From assembly GCA_011525295.1 (NCBI GenBank), contig WTGV01000043.1, positions 1,593 to 65,592 on the forward strand: a stretch of DNA of 64,000 nucleotides. Direction: 5' to 3'. The notes under the pieces are model-generated. The model did no database searches and was not told the DNA's origin. It saw nothing but the letters and a program-made list of their open reading frames with translations. Below are positions 9,116 through 17,680 of the stretch, one piece after another. The stretch's first letter is position 1; each line of letters begins with the position of its first letter. The position numbers were made by a program, and so were the translations under genes. This DNA is from Pseudomonadales bacterium. GTDB taxonomy: Bacteria; Pseudomonadota; Gammaproteobacteria; Pseudomonadales; Azotimanducaceae.

Positions 9116-10441
9116 GTGCTGAGTACCAGTAACAAACACACTTCATTGGTGTCTTCACCAGCGTCAGACCTGGTTACTGCGTTGGAAAACACCTGGAATT
9201 CGTTCTCACCACGAGAACAGTTCATCGCGCAAAGACGGTTTGTCGACGCATCTAAATGTACTCTTCAAGAACTTGGTGATCAAATGGAGCTCACCAGAGA
9301 GAGAATTCGGCAACTAGAAGTAAAAATTGTTGAAAGATGTGAAAGAGCGATTGGAAATCAGATTGAAAGGTTAAAAAAACACCTTGTGGATAGATTTGGT
9401 GCAATGATTCCCAAAGAGGCGTTTACAAACACTATCGATGCCGAGCTTATCGGTGTTTCCCCTCGAAATAAGGCTCTATTTACAAAGATATTTTTAAGAT
9501 ATTTAAAGTATCACTTTAAGAACGGTTTCTATCTATCTCCAAGTGGAGATATCGTAATTTCAAACTATTTACATTACATTAACACAAACAATCTTTTGTT
9601 AGTTGATGAAATGACGTTAGCTCGTATTAATCTCGAATTTTGGTACAAGTACCGAGACGAAATCAAGCGATGTCTGGGTCTCATACGGCTGCGTTATGGT
9701 TCGTTTGCTCGCAAGGATAGTGTTTCAACACGTGTACTCGACACACTTAAACACTTGGGAATTCCCGCTACCAAGGAACAGATCGCAGAGTACTCAGGAA
9801 TCCCAGAAGAAAAGCTTACGAATAGACTTCGCTTGATCAGGGGAGTAGTAAAAGTCTCGAACAACATGTGGGGACTTGGCAGTTCCAAGAGTTCACAATA
9901 TGTAGGCGTCGTTGACGAAATGCTTACCGTCATCGAACAACACGGTGGGCAAGTATCAGTACAGACTCTTAAATCGGAAATTAAAAGGCGGTGTAACGTC
10001 AAAGACTCAACGATTACAGCCTATCTTTATACGGCACAGTTTGTCATTGAAAATAAATTGATCCGATTGAGTACAGAAAATGATGTTCGATTGCGGCCAC
10101 TGGCACAAACGATTGACGGTAGAACAGTAAACGGATCTCCGTATTGGATCATCAAAGTCAAAGCCCGGCACTTAAAAGGGCACTCTGTCGTTGGACTCCC
10201 TCCTGAGCTAGCGTATTACCTTAAGTGCGAACCGAATACACGTTCTCGGATTCCTATTCACTATCCGATGGGGTGTAGAGACATGAGTATTACTTGGCGT
10301 TTAGCTTCAACAACTGGACTACAAATAGGCTATTTAGCAGACGTAATGAAAAGTTTACTTGTTCAAGAAGAGGACAATGTGAGACTAATCGTACAAGACG
10401 GTGCAAAAGTAGTCTTTGAACGCCACTCCCCCAACAATTAA
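9116..10441 (+). CDS. hypothetical DNA-binding protein with an N-terminal sigma-70 region-4-like HTH and further wHTH-like segments
   Basis: Residues ~30-75, FSPREQFIAQRRFVDASKCTLQELGDQMELTRERIRQLEVKIVERC, match the sigma70 r4.2 pattern (xRE..v...RF....TL.EiG...g.SRERvRQiE). No sigma region 2 is visible. Later HTH-like stretches are LGIPATKEQIAEYSGIPEEKLTNRL and HGGQVSVQTLKSEIKRRCNV. GTG start. Confidence 0.55.
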   Translation: MLSTSNKHTSLVSSPASDLVTALENTWNSFSPREQFIAQRRFVDASKCTLQELGDQMELTRERIRQLEVKIVERCERAIGNQIERLKKHLVDRFGAMIPKEAFTNTIDAELIGVSPRNKALFTKIFLRYLKYHFKNGFYLSPSGDIVISNYLHYINTNNLLLVDEMTLARINLEFWYKYRDEIKRCLGLIRLRYGSFARKDSVSTRVLDTLKHLGIPATKEQIAEYSGIPEEKLTNRLRLIRGVVKVSNNMWGLGSSKSSQYVGVVDEMLTVIEQHGGQVSVQTLKSEIKRRCNVKDSTITAYLYTAQFVIENKLIRLSTENDVRLRPLAQTIDGRTVNGSPYWIIKVKARHLKGHSVVGLPPELAYYLKCEPNTRSRIPIHYPMGCRDMSITWRLASTTGLQIGYLADVMKSLLVQEEDNVRLIVQDGAKVVFERHSPNN

Positions 10442-10460
10442 CAATGACTAACACTGTAAA

Positions 10461-11426
10461 TTGATAGTCGACCCTCTCGGCCGTCGCTTTAAAAATCTTC
10501 GAGTCAGTTTAACGGCCGCATGTAATTACGCCTGCACGTATTGCGTTCCCGATGGCAAAAAACTTCAAGCTCTAAGTGCTGAACTATCAGAAGAGGAGCT
10601 GAATTACGCTGTGCGTCTACTGGTTGAAGCTGGTGGCATTGATAGGCTTCGCATCACCGGTGGAGAACCGTTAATTTCGCCAAAATTTGACTCACTCCTT
10701 GACAGTCTAAACGAGTTGTCACTAACAGATATTGCGATCACTACAAACGGTCAATTTTTAAAAAAGAAACTACCGGTAATTAAACGCGCCGGAATCACCA
10801 GACTCAACGTCAGTCTGGACACGCTTGATCACAAAGCGTTCAGGAGCATTGCTCGGAGCGGCGATCTTACTACCGTCTTAGAGGGAGTGGAAGAGGCATT
10901 GGCGTTGGGTCTCAAAGTTAAAGTTAACTGCGTTCCTATTCGAACAGCAAATATTGACCAATTGTTACCTATACTCGAATATTGTTTAGAAAGAAACGTT
11001 GAATTGCGCTACATTGAACTCATGAATATGGGCCACCTCAAGCATAACCAATCGTACGAAAAAGACTTTGTCGGCATGGATGAGATACTTGAAAAAATTG
11101 GGACTAAGCACGAATATTACAAAATTGATGCGCCTCTAGATTCAACATCTGTTCGATTTGAAATTCCCAACTTTGGGCGATTCGGGATTATCGCAAACGA
11201 GAGCGAACCGTTTTGTAGAACGTGTACTCGGTTAAGACTATCGTCCAATGGTCAGATTTTTGGTTGTCTATCGAACTCAAAAGCGTTCTCCATCAGGCAA
11301 CTTCTTGACAAACCTTATCAGACTGCGATCACAGAGCTTCAGATCGTACTGAAATCAGCGATGCAGCTAAAGCAACGATTAGCTTTTACTGGTGAGACTA
11401 CCGTTATGAAGTTTATCGGCGGCTGA
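10461..11426 (+). CDS. moaA: GTP 3',8-cyclase (molybdenum cofactor biosynthesis protein A)
   Basis: Radical-SAM motif CNYACTYC, second cluster CRTCTRLRLSSNGQIFGC, and a terminal Gly-Gly. 321 aa. Confidence 0.9.
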   Translation: MIVDPLGRRFKNLRVSLTAACNYACTYCVPDGKKLQALSAELSEEELNYAVRLLVEAGGIDRLRITGGEPLISPKFDSLLDSLNELSLTDIAITTNGQFLKKKLPVIKRAGITRLNVSLDTLDHKAFRSIARSGDLTTVLEGVEEALALGLKVKVNCVPIRTANIDQLLPILEYCLERNVELRYIELMNMGHLKHNQSYEKDFVGMDEILEKIGTKHEYYKIDAPLDSTSVRFEIPNFGRFGIIANESEPFCRTCTRLRLSSNGQIFGCLSNSKAFSIRQLLDKPYQTAITELQIVLKSAMQLKQRLAFTGETTVMKFIGG

Positions 11427-11563
11427 TTTTTGGGAATAGGGGAGAAAATAATCCGCTAACAGAGCTTTTGGAACGGTTTCGCGTTGGACCATGTGCTGCA
11501 TACGGTGGATGCGATTTCATAACCTAGGACGATGTTGCAACAAGATTTCGATCAAGTCGAAAT

Positions 11564-13219
11564 TTACATATTCGGATAGTTTGGTCCCCCAGAACCTTCG
11601 GGTGCGATCCACGTTATATTCTGTGATGGGTCTTTAATGTCACAGGTTTTACAGTGCACGCAATTCTGCGCGTTAATTTGAAACACTTCCTCGCCTTCTT
11701 CACCTATGACTTCATAGACCCCAGCCGGGCAATAACGTTGTGCAGGTTCCGCAAAGTCTCGAAGGTTCTTTCGAATCGGCAGATCCGGATCCTGTAGAAC
11801 CAAATGGCAGGGTTGGTCTTCTTCGTGGTTCGTATTGGATAAATAGACGCTTGAGTTTTTATCGAAGGAATAGACCCCATCGGGTTTGGAGTAATGTATT
11901 TTCTTACTCATCTTTGCCAGTCGTAATCGCTCGTGATCGGGTACTGTGTCCTTTAATCGAATCGGATTCCAACCGTTGAAAACGTTTTGTTCTAAACAGG
12001 CCCACGCAGACCCACCGAGCATACCAAATTGATGCCAAGCAGGACCGATGTTCCTAGCTTGGTAAAGTTCCCCGTGTAGCCAAGATTTTTCGTAGCGTCG
12101 TTGTATGTCGACTACATCGTGTTGCCGACCAGCACTCAGTGCTTGCATGATGGCTTCTGCAGCTAATTTCCCAGACTTCATCGCGGTGTGAGTCCCCTTG
12201 ATTTTCAACGGGTTTAAAAAGCCAGCATCGTCCCCAACCAAGACCGCACCCGCGACTGCTAATTCTGGTAGAGAGCCGTATCCGCCTTTTGTAATCGCGC
12301 GCGCTCCATAAGAAATTCGCCTACCATCGAGGAGATGTTCTTTAATTATGGGATGATGCTTCCACACTTGAAATTCACTAAACGGATCAAGATAGGGATT
12401 GGAGTATGAGAGATCGATAATTAAACCAAGCGCGATCTGTTGGTTTTCCATGTGGTATAAGAAACCACCTCCAGTGGCTGTTCGAGAGAATCCCAACGGC
12501 CAACCAATCGTGTGTAGGATTCGACCAGGTTTGTGGTGGCCGGAGGGTACTTCCCAAAGTTCTTTAAGCCCTATTGCGTAATGTTGTGGTGACCTCTTTT
12601 CATCGAGGTCAAATTTCGCGATTAACTGCTTCCCTAGGTGCCCCCGACAACCTTCTGCAAATACCGTATAGGAAGCAAGGAGCTCCAATCCTGGTTCATG
12701 AGTTTGTTTTTCTTTTCCGAATCGGTCGACGCCCATGTCTCCAGTTGCAACACCAATCACCTTGTTCTGTTTGTCGTACAAAATCTCTGAGGCCGCAAAG
12801 CCTGGAAACAACATGACTCCAAGTTCTTCTGCTTGCTGAGCCATCCATCGACACAAACTACCCAATGAAGTAACATAGTTACGGTCGTTTCGGCTCGGTC
12901 TTGGGATTAGCGCGCCAGGAATACCAATAGCTCGATGATCGTTCACAAGACAATGAAACCGGTCTTCGGTGACTCGTGTTAATGGTGGTTCAAGATCTTT
13001 CCAACTAGGAAAGAGATCATCCAGACCACGAGAATCGATAACTGCCCCGGAAAGTATGTGAGCCCCGATTTCACTGCCTTTTTCAAGAACGCACACGCTG
13101 GTTTCACGACCCATTTCGTCAGCTAATTGCATGATGCGAATTGCAGTGCTAAGACCGGCTGGACCAGCACCTACAATGACGACATCGAACGTCATGGATT
13201 CACGTTGTCTTTTAACCAT
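11564..13219 (-). CDS. electron-transfer flavoprotein:ubiquinone oxidoreductase (ETF-QO)
   Basis: FAD fold VVIVGAGPAGLS, C-terminal 4Fe-4S CVHCKTCDIKDP, and the family-typical ending EGSGGPNYPNM. Divergent from etfBA. Confidence 0.9.
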   Translation of the reverse strand: MVKRQRESMTFDVVIVGAGPAGLSTAIRIMQLADEMGRETSVCVLEKGSEIGAHILSGAVIDSRGLDDLFPSWKDLEPPLTRVTEDRFHCLVNDHRAIGIPGALIPRPSRNDRNYVTSLGSLCRWMAQQAEELGVMLFPGFAASEILYDKQNKVIGVATGDMGVDRFGKEKQTHEPGLELLASYTVFAEGCRGHLGKQLIAKFDLDEKRSPQHYAIGLKELWEVPSGHHKPGRILHTIGWPLGFSRTATGGGFLYHMENQQIALGLIIDLSYSNPYLDPFSEFQVWKHHPIIKEHLLDGRRISYGARAITKGGYGSLPELAVAGAVLVGDDAGFLNPLKIKGTHTAMKSGKLAAEAIMQALSAGRQHDVVDIQRRYEKSWLHGELYQARNIGPAWHQFGMLGGSAWACLEQNVFNGWNPIRLKDTVPDHERLRLAKMSKKIHYSKPDGVYSFDKNSSVYLSNTNHEEDQPCHLVLQDPDLPIRKNLRDFAEPAQRYCPAGVYEVIGEEGEEVFQINAQNCVHCKTCDIKDPSQNITWIAPEGSGGPNYPNM

Positions 13220-13360
13220 GAATGTCGTGTATTAAGTTGTTCAAAATGCTTTGAAGCACAGACGCACGGAAATTTTCGGTTTGATTTCGAATCTTAAACA
13301 CATTCATTTGGAAAATTCTACGTTAGACCAAATTTTGACACAAAAAGTAAGAGTAAACAC

Positions 13361-14113
13361 ATGAAGATCCTATGTGCGATTAAGAGAGTAGTCGACGCTA
13401 ACGTCAATGTCGTCGTCAAAAACGACGGTAGTGGTATCGATTTAACCAACGTAAAAATGTCAGTAAATCCATTTTGTGAAATAGGCGTTGAACAAGCGAT
13501 CCAATTAAAGGAAGCGGGAATCGCAGATGAAATTGTCGCGGTTTGTGTAGGGTCCGCAAAAACGCAAGAGCAAGTTCGAGTGTGCTTAGCTTTAGGTGCT
13601 GATCGGGGCATCATCGTAGACGCACCTGATGATTTAGAGCCTCTGACGATCGCAAAAATTCTTAAAGCAGTGTACACCAAAGAACAACCGCAACTAGTGA
13701 TTTTTGGTAAGCAAAGTATCGACGGCGACAATAGTCAAACAGGGCAAATGTTTGCCGCATTAACGGATCTGCCACAAGCAACATTCGCATCTGACCTGAG
13801 TATCAGTGACAGTCTTGCAACTGTAGTTCGAGAAGTGGATGGAGGGTTACAAACTTTGCAAGTACCGCTTCCGATGGTTCTCACTACAGATTTGCGCTTG
13901 AATGTCCCGAGATTCGCATCTTTGAAAAACATCATGATGTCCAAAAGGAAGCAAATTGACATCTTTTCAGTTGAGGAACTAGGAGTCTTGCTTGAACGAC
14001 ACACTGAAACATTACGCGTTGATCGTCCACCTGCAAGGACTGCGGGAATAGTCGTGGATTCGATTGATGAGCTAGTATCGAAACTGAGAAACGAGGCAAA
14101 AGTACTCCCATGA
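13361..14113 (+). CDS. etfB: electron transfer flavoprotein beta subunit
   Basis: N-terminus MKILCAIKRVVD...VNPFCEIGVEQA is typical of EtfB. 250 aa. 4-nt overlap with etfA. Confidence 0.9.
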   Translation: MKILCAIKRVVDANVNVVVKNDGSGIDLTNVKMSVNPFCEIGVEQAIQLKEAGIADEIVAVCVGSAKTQEQVRVCLALGADRGIIVDAPDDLEPLTIAKILKAVYTKEQPQLVIFGKQSIDGDNSQTGQMFAALTDLPQATFASDLSISDSLATVVREVDGGLQTLQVPLPMVLTTDLRLNVPRFASLKNIMMSKRKQIDIFSVEELGVLLERHTETLRVDRPPARTAGIVVDSIDELVSKLRNEAKVLP

Positions 14114-15057
14114 GCATATTAGTCATTGCCGACCACAACAACTCGGAGTTAAAACCTGTAACACGGAGTACGCTTAAGGCCGCGTCGGAGATCGGCGATG
14201 AGATCGACGTCCTCATCGCTGGATCTGAGTGCTCTTCGGTAGTTCAGTCTGTCGTCGACGTAGGTATAGCACGCACAGTCCATATAGCAGATGCTCCAGA
14301 CTTTCAACACGCAATCGCTGAAAACGTTGCGGCCGTTGTTGTACAGCTCGCCCCCGCATATCAACACATTCTTACGGCACACACGACTACCGGAAAGAAT
14401 TTTCTGCCACGCGTCGCAGCTTTGCTCGATGTGCAAATGATTTCAGATATAGTCGAAGTATTAGACGCAACTACTTTCAAACGTCCTGTATATGCTGGAA
14501 ACGGTATTGCAACTGTAAAGTCGAACGACACAACTAGAGTTCTTTCCGTAAGAGGCACCGCTTTCGATCCGATCGAATCTGGAATAGTGGCAACAGAGAC
14601 TAACACTCTTGATGCGGGTACTTTCCCAGATCCAAGTCCAACGACTTATATAAAAGATGAACTCGCGCAGTCGGAACGACCTGAACTAAACAACGCAAAG
14701 GTAGTGGTTTCTGGGGGTAGGGCACTAGGTAGCAGCGAAAGCTTTGCACTTCTCGAAGAATTAGCTGACTCGTTGGGAGCTGCTGTTGGAGCCTCCCGCG
14801 CTGCTGTCGATGCCGGTTATGTTCCCAATGACATGCAGGTAGGACAGACTGGCAAAATTGTGGCACCAGAACTGTATATCGCCGTCGGTATCTCTGGCGC
14901 GATTCAACACTTAGCAGGAATGAAAGACTCGAAGGTTATTGTCGCGATCAATAATGATCCCGATGCACCAATCTTTCAACTTGCCGACTACGGTTTAGTC
15001 GCTGACTTGTTCGAAGTTATACCGGAATTTATTCGTCAAATCAAAGAAGGCTCTTAG
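14110..15057 (+). CDS. etfA: electron transfer flavoprotein alpha subunit
   Basis: FAD-binding C-terminal region VVSGGRALGS...YIAVGISGAIQHLAGM...VIVAINNDPDAPIF. 315 aa. Confidence 0.9.
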   Translation: MSILVIADHNNSELKPVTRSTLKAASEIGDEIDVLIAGSECSSVVQSVVDVGIARTVHIADAPDFQHAIAENVAAVVVQLAPAYQHILTAHTTTGKNFLPRVAALLDVQMISDIVEVLDATTFKRPVYAGNGIATVKSNDTTRVLSVRGTAFDPIESGIVATETNTLDAGTFPDPSPTTYIKDELAQSERPELNNAKVVVSGGRALGSSESFALLEELADSLGAAVGASRAAVDAGYVPNDMQVGQTGKIVAPELYIAVGISGAIQHLAGMKDSKVIVAINNDPDAPIFQLADYGLVADLFEVIPEFIRQIKEGS

Positions 15058-15071
15058 CCAGCTACTACGAG

Positions 15072-16091
15072 TCAGTCCCATTTCTTTGCGTCCGAGAACC
15101 ATCCAACCGGAGCTGAGTGGTCTTCGACTTTGTTTTCAACGTCGAGAATCAAAGCAAATAAAGCCATTCGCACTATCAATCCATTGTCAGACTGTCGAAA
15201 CACCGCAAAATTGGGGTGTGAATCTAGATCGACGCTGAGTTCTTGTGCAGCGTCGCGAGAATCTCGAGGAAGTGGATGCATGATGACTGTGTCGGGTTCA
15301 CAGTACTGGGAGAAAACAGCTTGATTGATTCGAAACAATCCCTTGCACTTATGCGCCTCGGCAGAGGATGAAAATCGTTCTTCTTGAATCCGAGTCACAT
15401 AAAGTACGTCAACAGTCTGAATACCGTGCGCGAGTTGCTCAAAGTGCTGAACTTCATGCCCGGCTTTCAGCAGATCAGCAATCACATTCTCTGGCGCACC
15501 TAAGTCTGGAGGAGCAACCAAATGGACGGTAATGTTGCGAAACAGTTTGAGTAGCTTGATTAGCGAATGAACCGCTCGACCATATTTGAGGTCTCCAATT
15601 ACTGCGATTCGAAGGTCATCGAGGTCCTTTTTTCGAGCTCTGAGCTCTTTTTTGATCGTGTACAGATCAAGTAATGCTTGCGTAGGATGTTCGTTAGAAC
15701 CATCGCCACCGTTGAGTACAGGGCTTCGCGAGGATTCTGCAAACTCTGCAACTGCGCCATCAATCGGGTGTCGCATCACAATCACATCGCTGTACCCAGA
15801 AACCACTCGAGCAAAGTCCTGAAGTGATTCACCCTTTACTAGGGATGTCGATGCCATATCAGTTGTTTCTATTACACTACCACCGAGTAGATTAAAGGCA
15901 GTACCAAACGAGAGACGCGTTCGCGTACTTGCTTCAAAAAAAAGATTACAGAGAATGGCACCGTCCAGCACCCTTGTTACTCGTTCACGATGGGCGAAAG
16001 GTGTCATTATGTCAGCTACTGAAAATATTTCTTCAACGTCAGCTCGATTCAGCTGAGCGACGGACAAAATGTGCTCGCCAACAAAGTTCAA
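15072..16091 (-). CDS. pyrB: aspartate carbamoyltransferase catalytic chain
   Basis: FFEASTRTRLSF, KGESLQD...DVIVMRH, NEHPTQALLD, TRIQEERF and MHPLPR. HPLPR distinguishes ATCase from OTCase (HCLP). TTG start. Confidence 0.8.
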   Translation of the reverse strand: MNFVGEHILSVAQLNRADVEEIFSVADIMTPFAHRERVTRVLDGAILCNLFFEASTRTRLSFGTAFNLLGGSVIETTDMASTSLVKGESLQDFARVVSGYSDVIVMRHPIDGAVAEFAESSRSPVLNGGDGSNEHPTQALLDLYTIKKELRARKKDLDDLRIAVIGDLKYGRAVHSLIKLLKLFRNITVHLVAPPDLGAPENVIADLLKAGHEVQHFEQLAHGIQTVDVLYVTRIQEERFSSSAEAHKCKGLFRINQAVFSQYCEPDTVIMHPLPRDSRDAAQELSVDLDSHPNFAVFRQSDNGLIVRMALFALILDVENKVEDHSAPVGWFSDAKKWD

Positions 16092-16329
16092 GAAGCTGTT
16101 TTACTCATCAAAACAACAGATTTCTGAGCGAAAAGGGAGATGAACTAATTTTGCACAGGCTACATTCAATAGTCGCTTCTTTTGGAGCTAGCGAGAACAA
16201 GATTTTTAAATCAAGTGATGGTGTAAATCCAACTTGTACTCATCGGTGTGTCTCAGGGTACGTACAAGTCATTATCGGACAGTCTTGACTAAATGGAGTG
16301 TAAATACTAGGAGATTACAATAATAGGTT

Positions 16330-17499
16330 ATGAAGTTAGTCGACTCAATTCCAAACCTTCGATCGGAGCGAGAGTCCCCTTACGTCTTCGTTGGGAGGAA
16401 AACGGAGCTAGGAGTACTTCACACTTTCTGGGATCAAATTGTGAATTACGAATCCTACCAAAAAGGGTTGTTTCTAATCCACGGCATTCAAGGAATGGGC
16501 AAAACTCAATTGATGACCCAGTTCGCGAAGCAACTTCAGCACATCTATTCCGATAAAAAGAAATCGGTGTTTGTTCATTTAGTTTTGCACATTAGTAATT
16601 TGACCCTCGAAGAAGCTCGAGTGTCGCTAGAAGAAACGTTGATGCGCAAGAGAAAGGTGTTGAAGTCAATCAAAAGATTTGACGTCAGGATATTTGGTAC
16701 AGGTGCGGGCGTAGAGCGATTTGATCAGCAGTCTCACAGCTTCAATTCCATGTTGACCAAAATGGCTTCTTGGGAGCCCAAACCGTTAATTTTGGTTACC
16801 ATCGACGAAGTTCAACAATTAAAAGAAGAGGGCGTAGCTGTGCTTGAACTGTTGCACCACGGAGTCAATGGTCTGCCGATGATGGTATTGTGTGCTGGAC
16901 TCCAACATTCAACATCAACATTGGAACGGTTTGGGCTATCCCGGCTTGGTAAAGTAATCAATTTATCGTTGTTGGAACGCGAAGACTGTTTAAACGCATT
17001 CCACTCTATGGGCACGAACTGGGACTTAGATGTAGAGGACACGGACGTACGCCGACAACTCGAAACCCTCGCGGAAGAAACTCAATACTTTCCTTGTCAC
17101 CTTCAGTCATATCTTACAGCCATGAGAGAAGTAACCTACTTTTTGGACACGAAAACTGCTAGTTCGAAGAAATCTATGACGCAGGAACACTGGGAGGAGA
17201 TAGAATCGAAAGGTGCGAAATTACGAGATGAATACTACGCGTTTCGTGTGAGTAGCTTAGGTTTTTCTGGCGCTGGTATTGTGATGAAGTTGATCGCTGA
17301 GCGCTTACAACAAGCGGACCCTATTGTGTTCCGAGATTTACATCACATTGTTCGAACTACTGAAGAACAGATTGGCGAAAGAATCAACTCAGACTACGTT
17401 ATAAAACGGTTAATTCAGTCAGGCTGTTTAGAGAAAAATACTTTTGCGGAATATACCATTCCGATACCGTCTTTCAAGCCATATCTCCAAACGCGTTAG
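16330..17499 (+). CDS. orphan P-loop NTPase (AAA+/STAND-like, Arch_ATPase/AAA_16-like) with a C-terminal wHTH-like region
   Basis: The pre-Walker segment PYVFVGRKTELGVL is typical of AAA_16-type ATPases. Walker A GIQGMGKT (res 52-59), Walker B LILVTIDE (to res 160). The C-terminal YVIKRLIQSGCLEK resembles a wHTH. Confidence 0.55.
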   Translation: MKLVDSIPNLRSERESPYVFVGRKTELGVLHTFWDQIVNYESYQKGLFLIHGIQGMGKTQLMTQFAKQLQHIYSDKKKSVFVHLVLHISNLTLEEARVSLEETLMRKRKVLKSIKRFDVRIFGTGAGVERFDQQSHSFNSMLTKMASWEPKPLILVTIDEVQQLKEEGVAVLELLHHGVNGLPMMVLCAGLQHSTSTLERFGLSRLGKVINLSLLEREDCLNAFHSMGTNWDLDVEDTDVRRQLETLAEETQYFPCHLQSYLTAMREVTYFLDTKTASSKKSMTQEHWEEIESKGAKLRDEYYAFRVSSLGFSGAGIVMKLIAERLQQADPIVFRDLHHIVRTTEEQIGERINSDYVIKRLIQSGCLEKNTFAEYTIPIPSFKPYLQTR

Positions 17500-17680
17500 T
17501 ACGTTGATTGGAAGGACTCCTACATATTTTTAAATTATGTGCTGATCGAGTGTAAACTTCGGCTTCTTGTTAAACATGAAACTCTTTACTTAGTCAATGT
17601 ATCTACAACGCCGAGTATTGACACTTTCGAATCGATTTTTCGTATAAATATACGTACATAGATAGCTGAGATTATTTTCT

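Noticed and set aside
15929-16288. A 119-aa plus-strand ORF spanning the pyrB start and its leader.
   Set aside because: Its first half is antisense to pyrB. It has no motifs or SD. It is probably a shadow ORF, although the pyrB leader itself is unexamined for attenuator structure.
16330-17499. The ATPase upstream of gspE, considered as GspA/ExeA, the T2SS-associated AAA ATPase.
   Set aside because: GspA/ExeA proteins have a TM segment and a periplasmic peptidoglycan-binding domain and are paired with gspB. None of these is present, and the N-terminal pattern differs.
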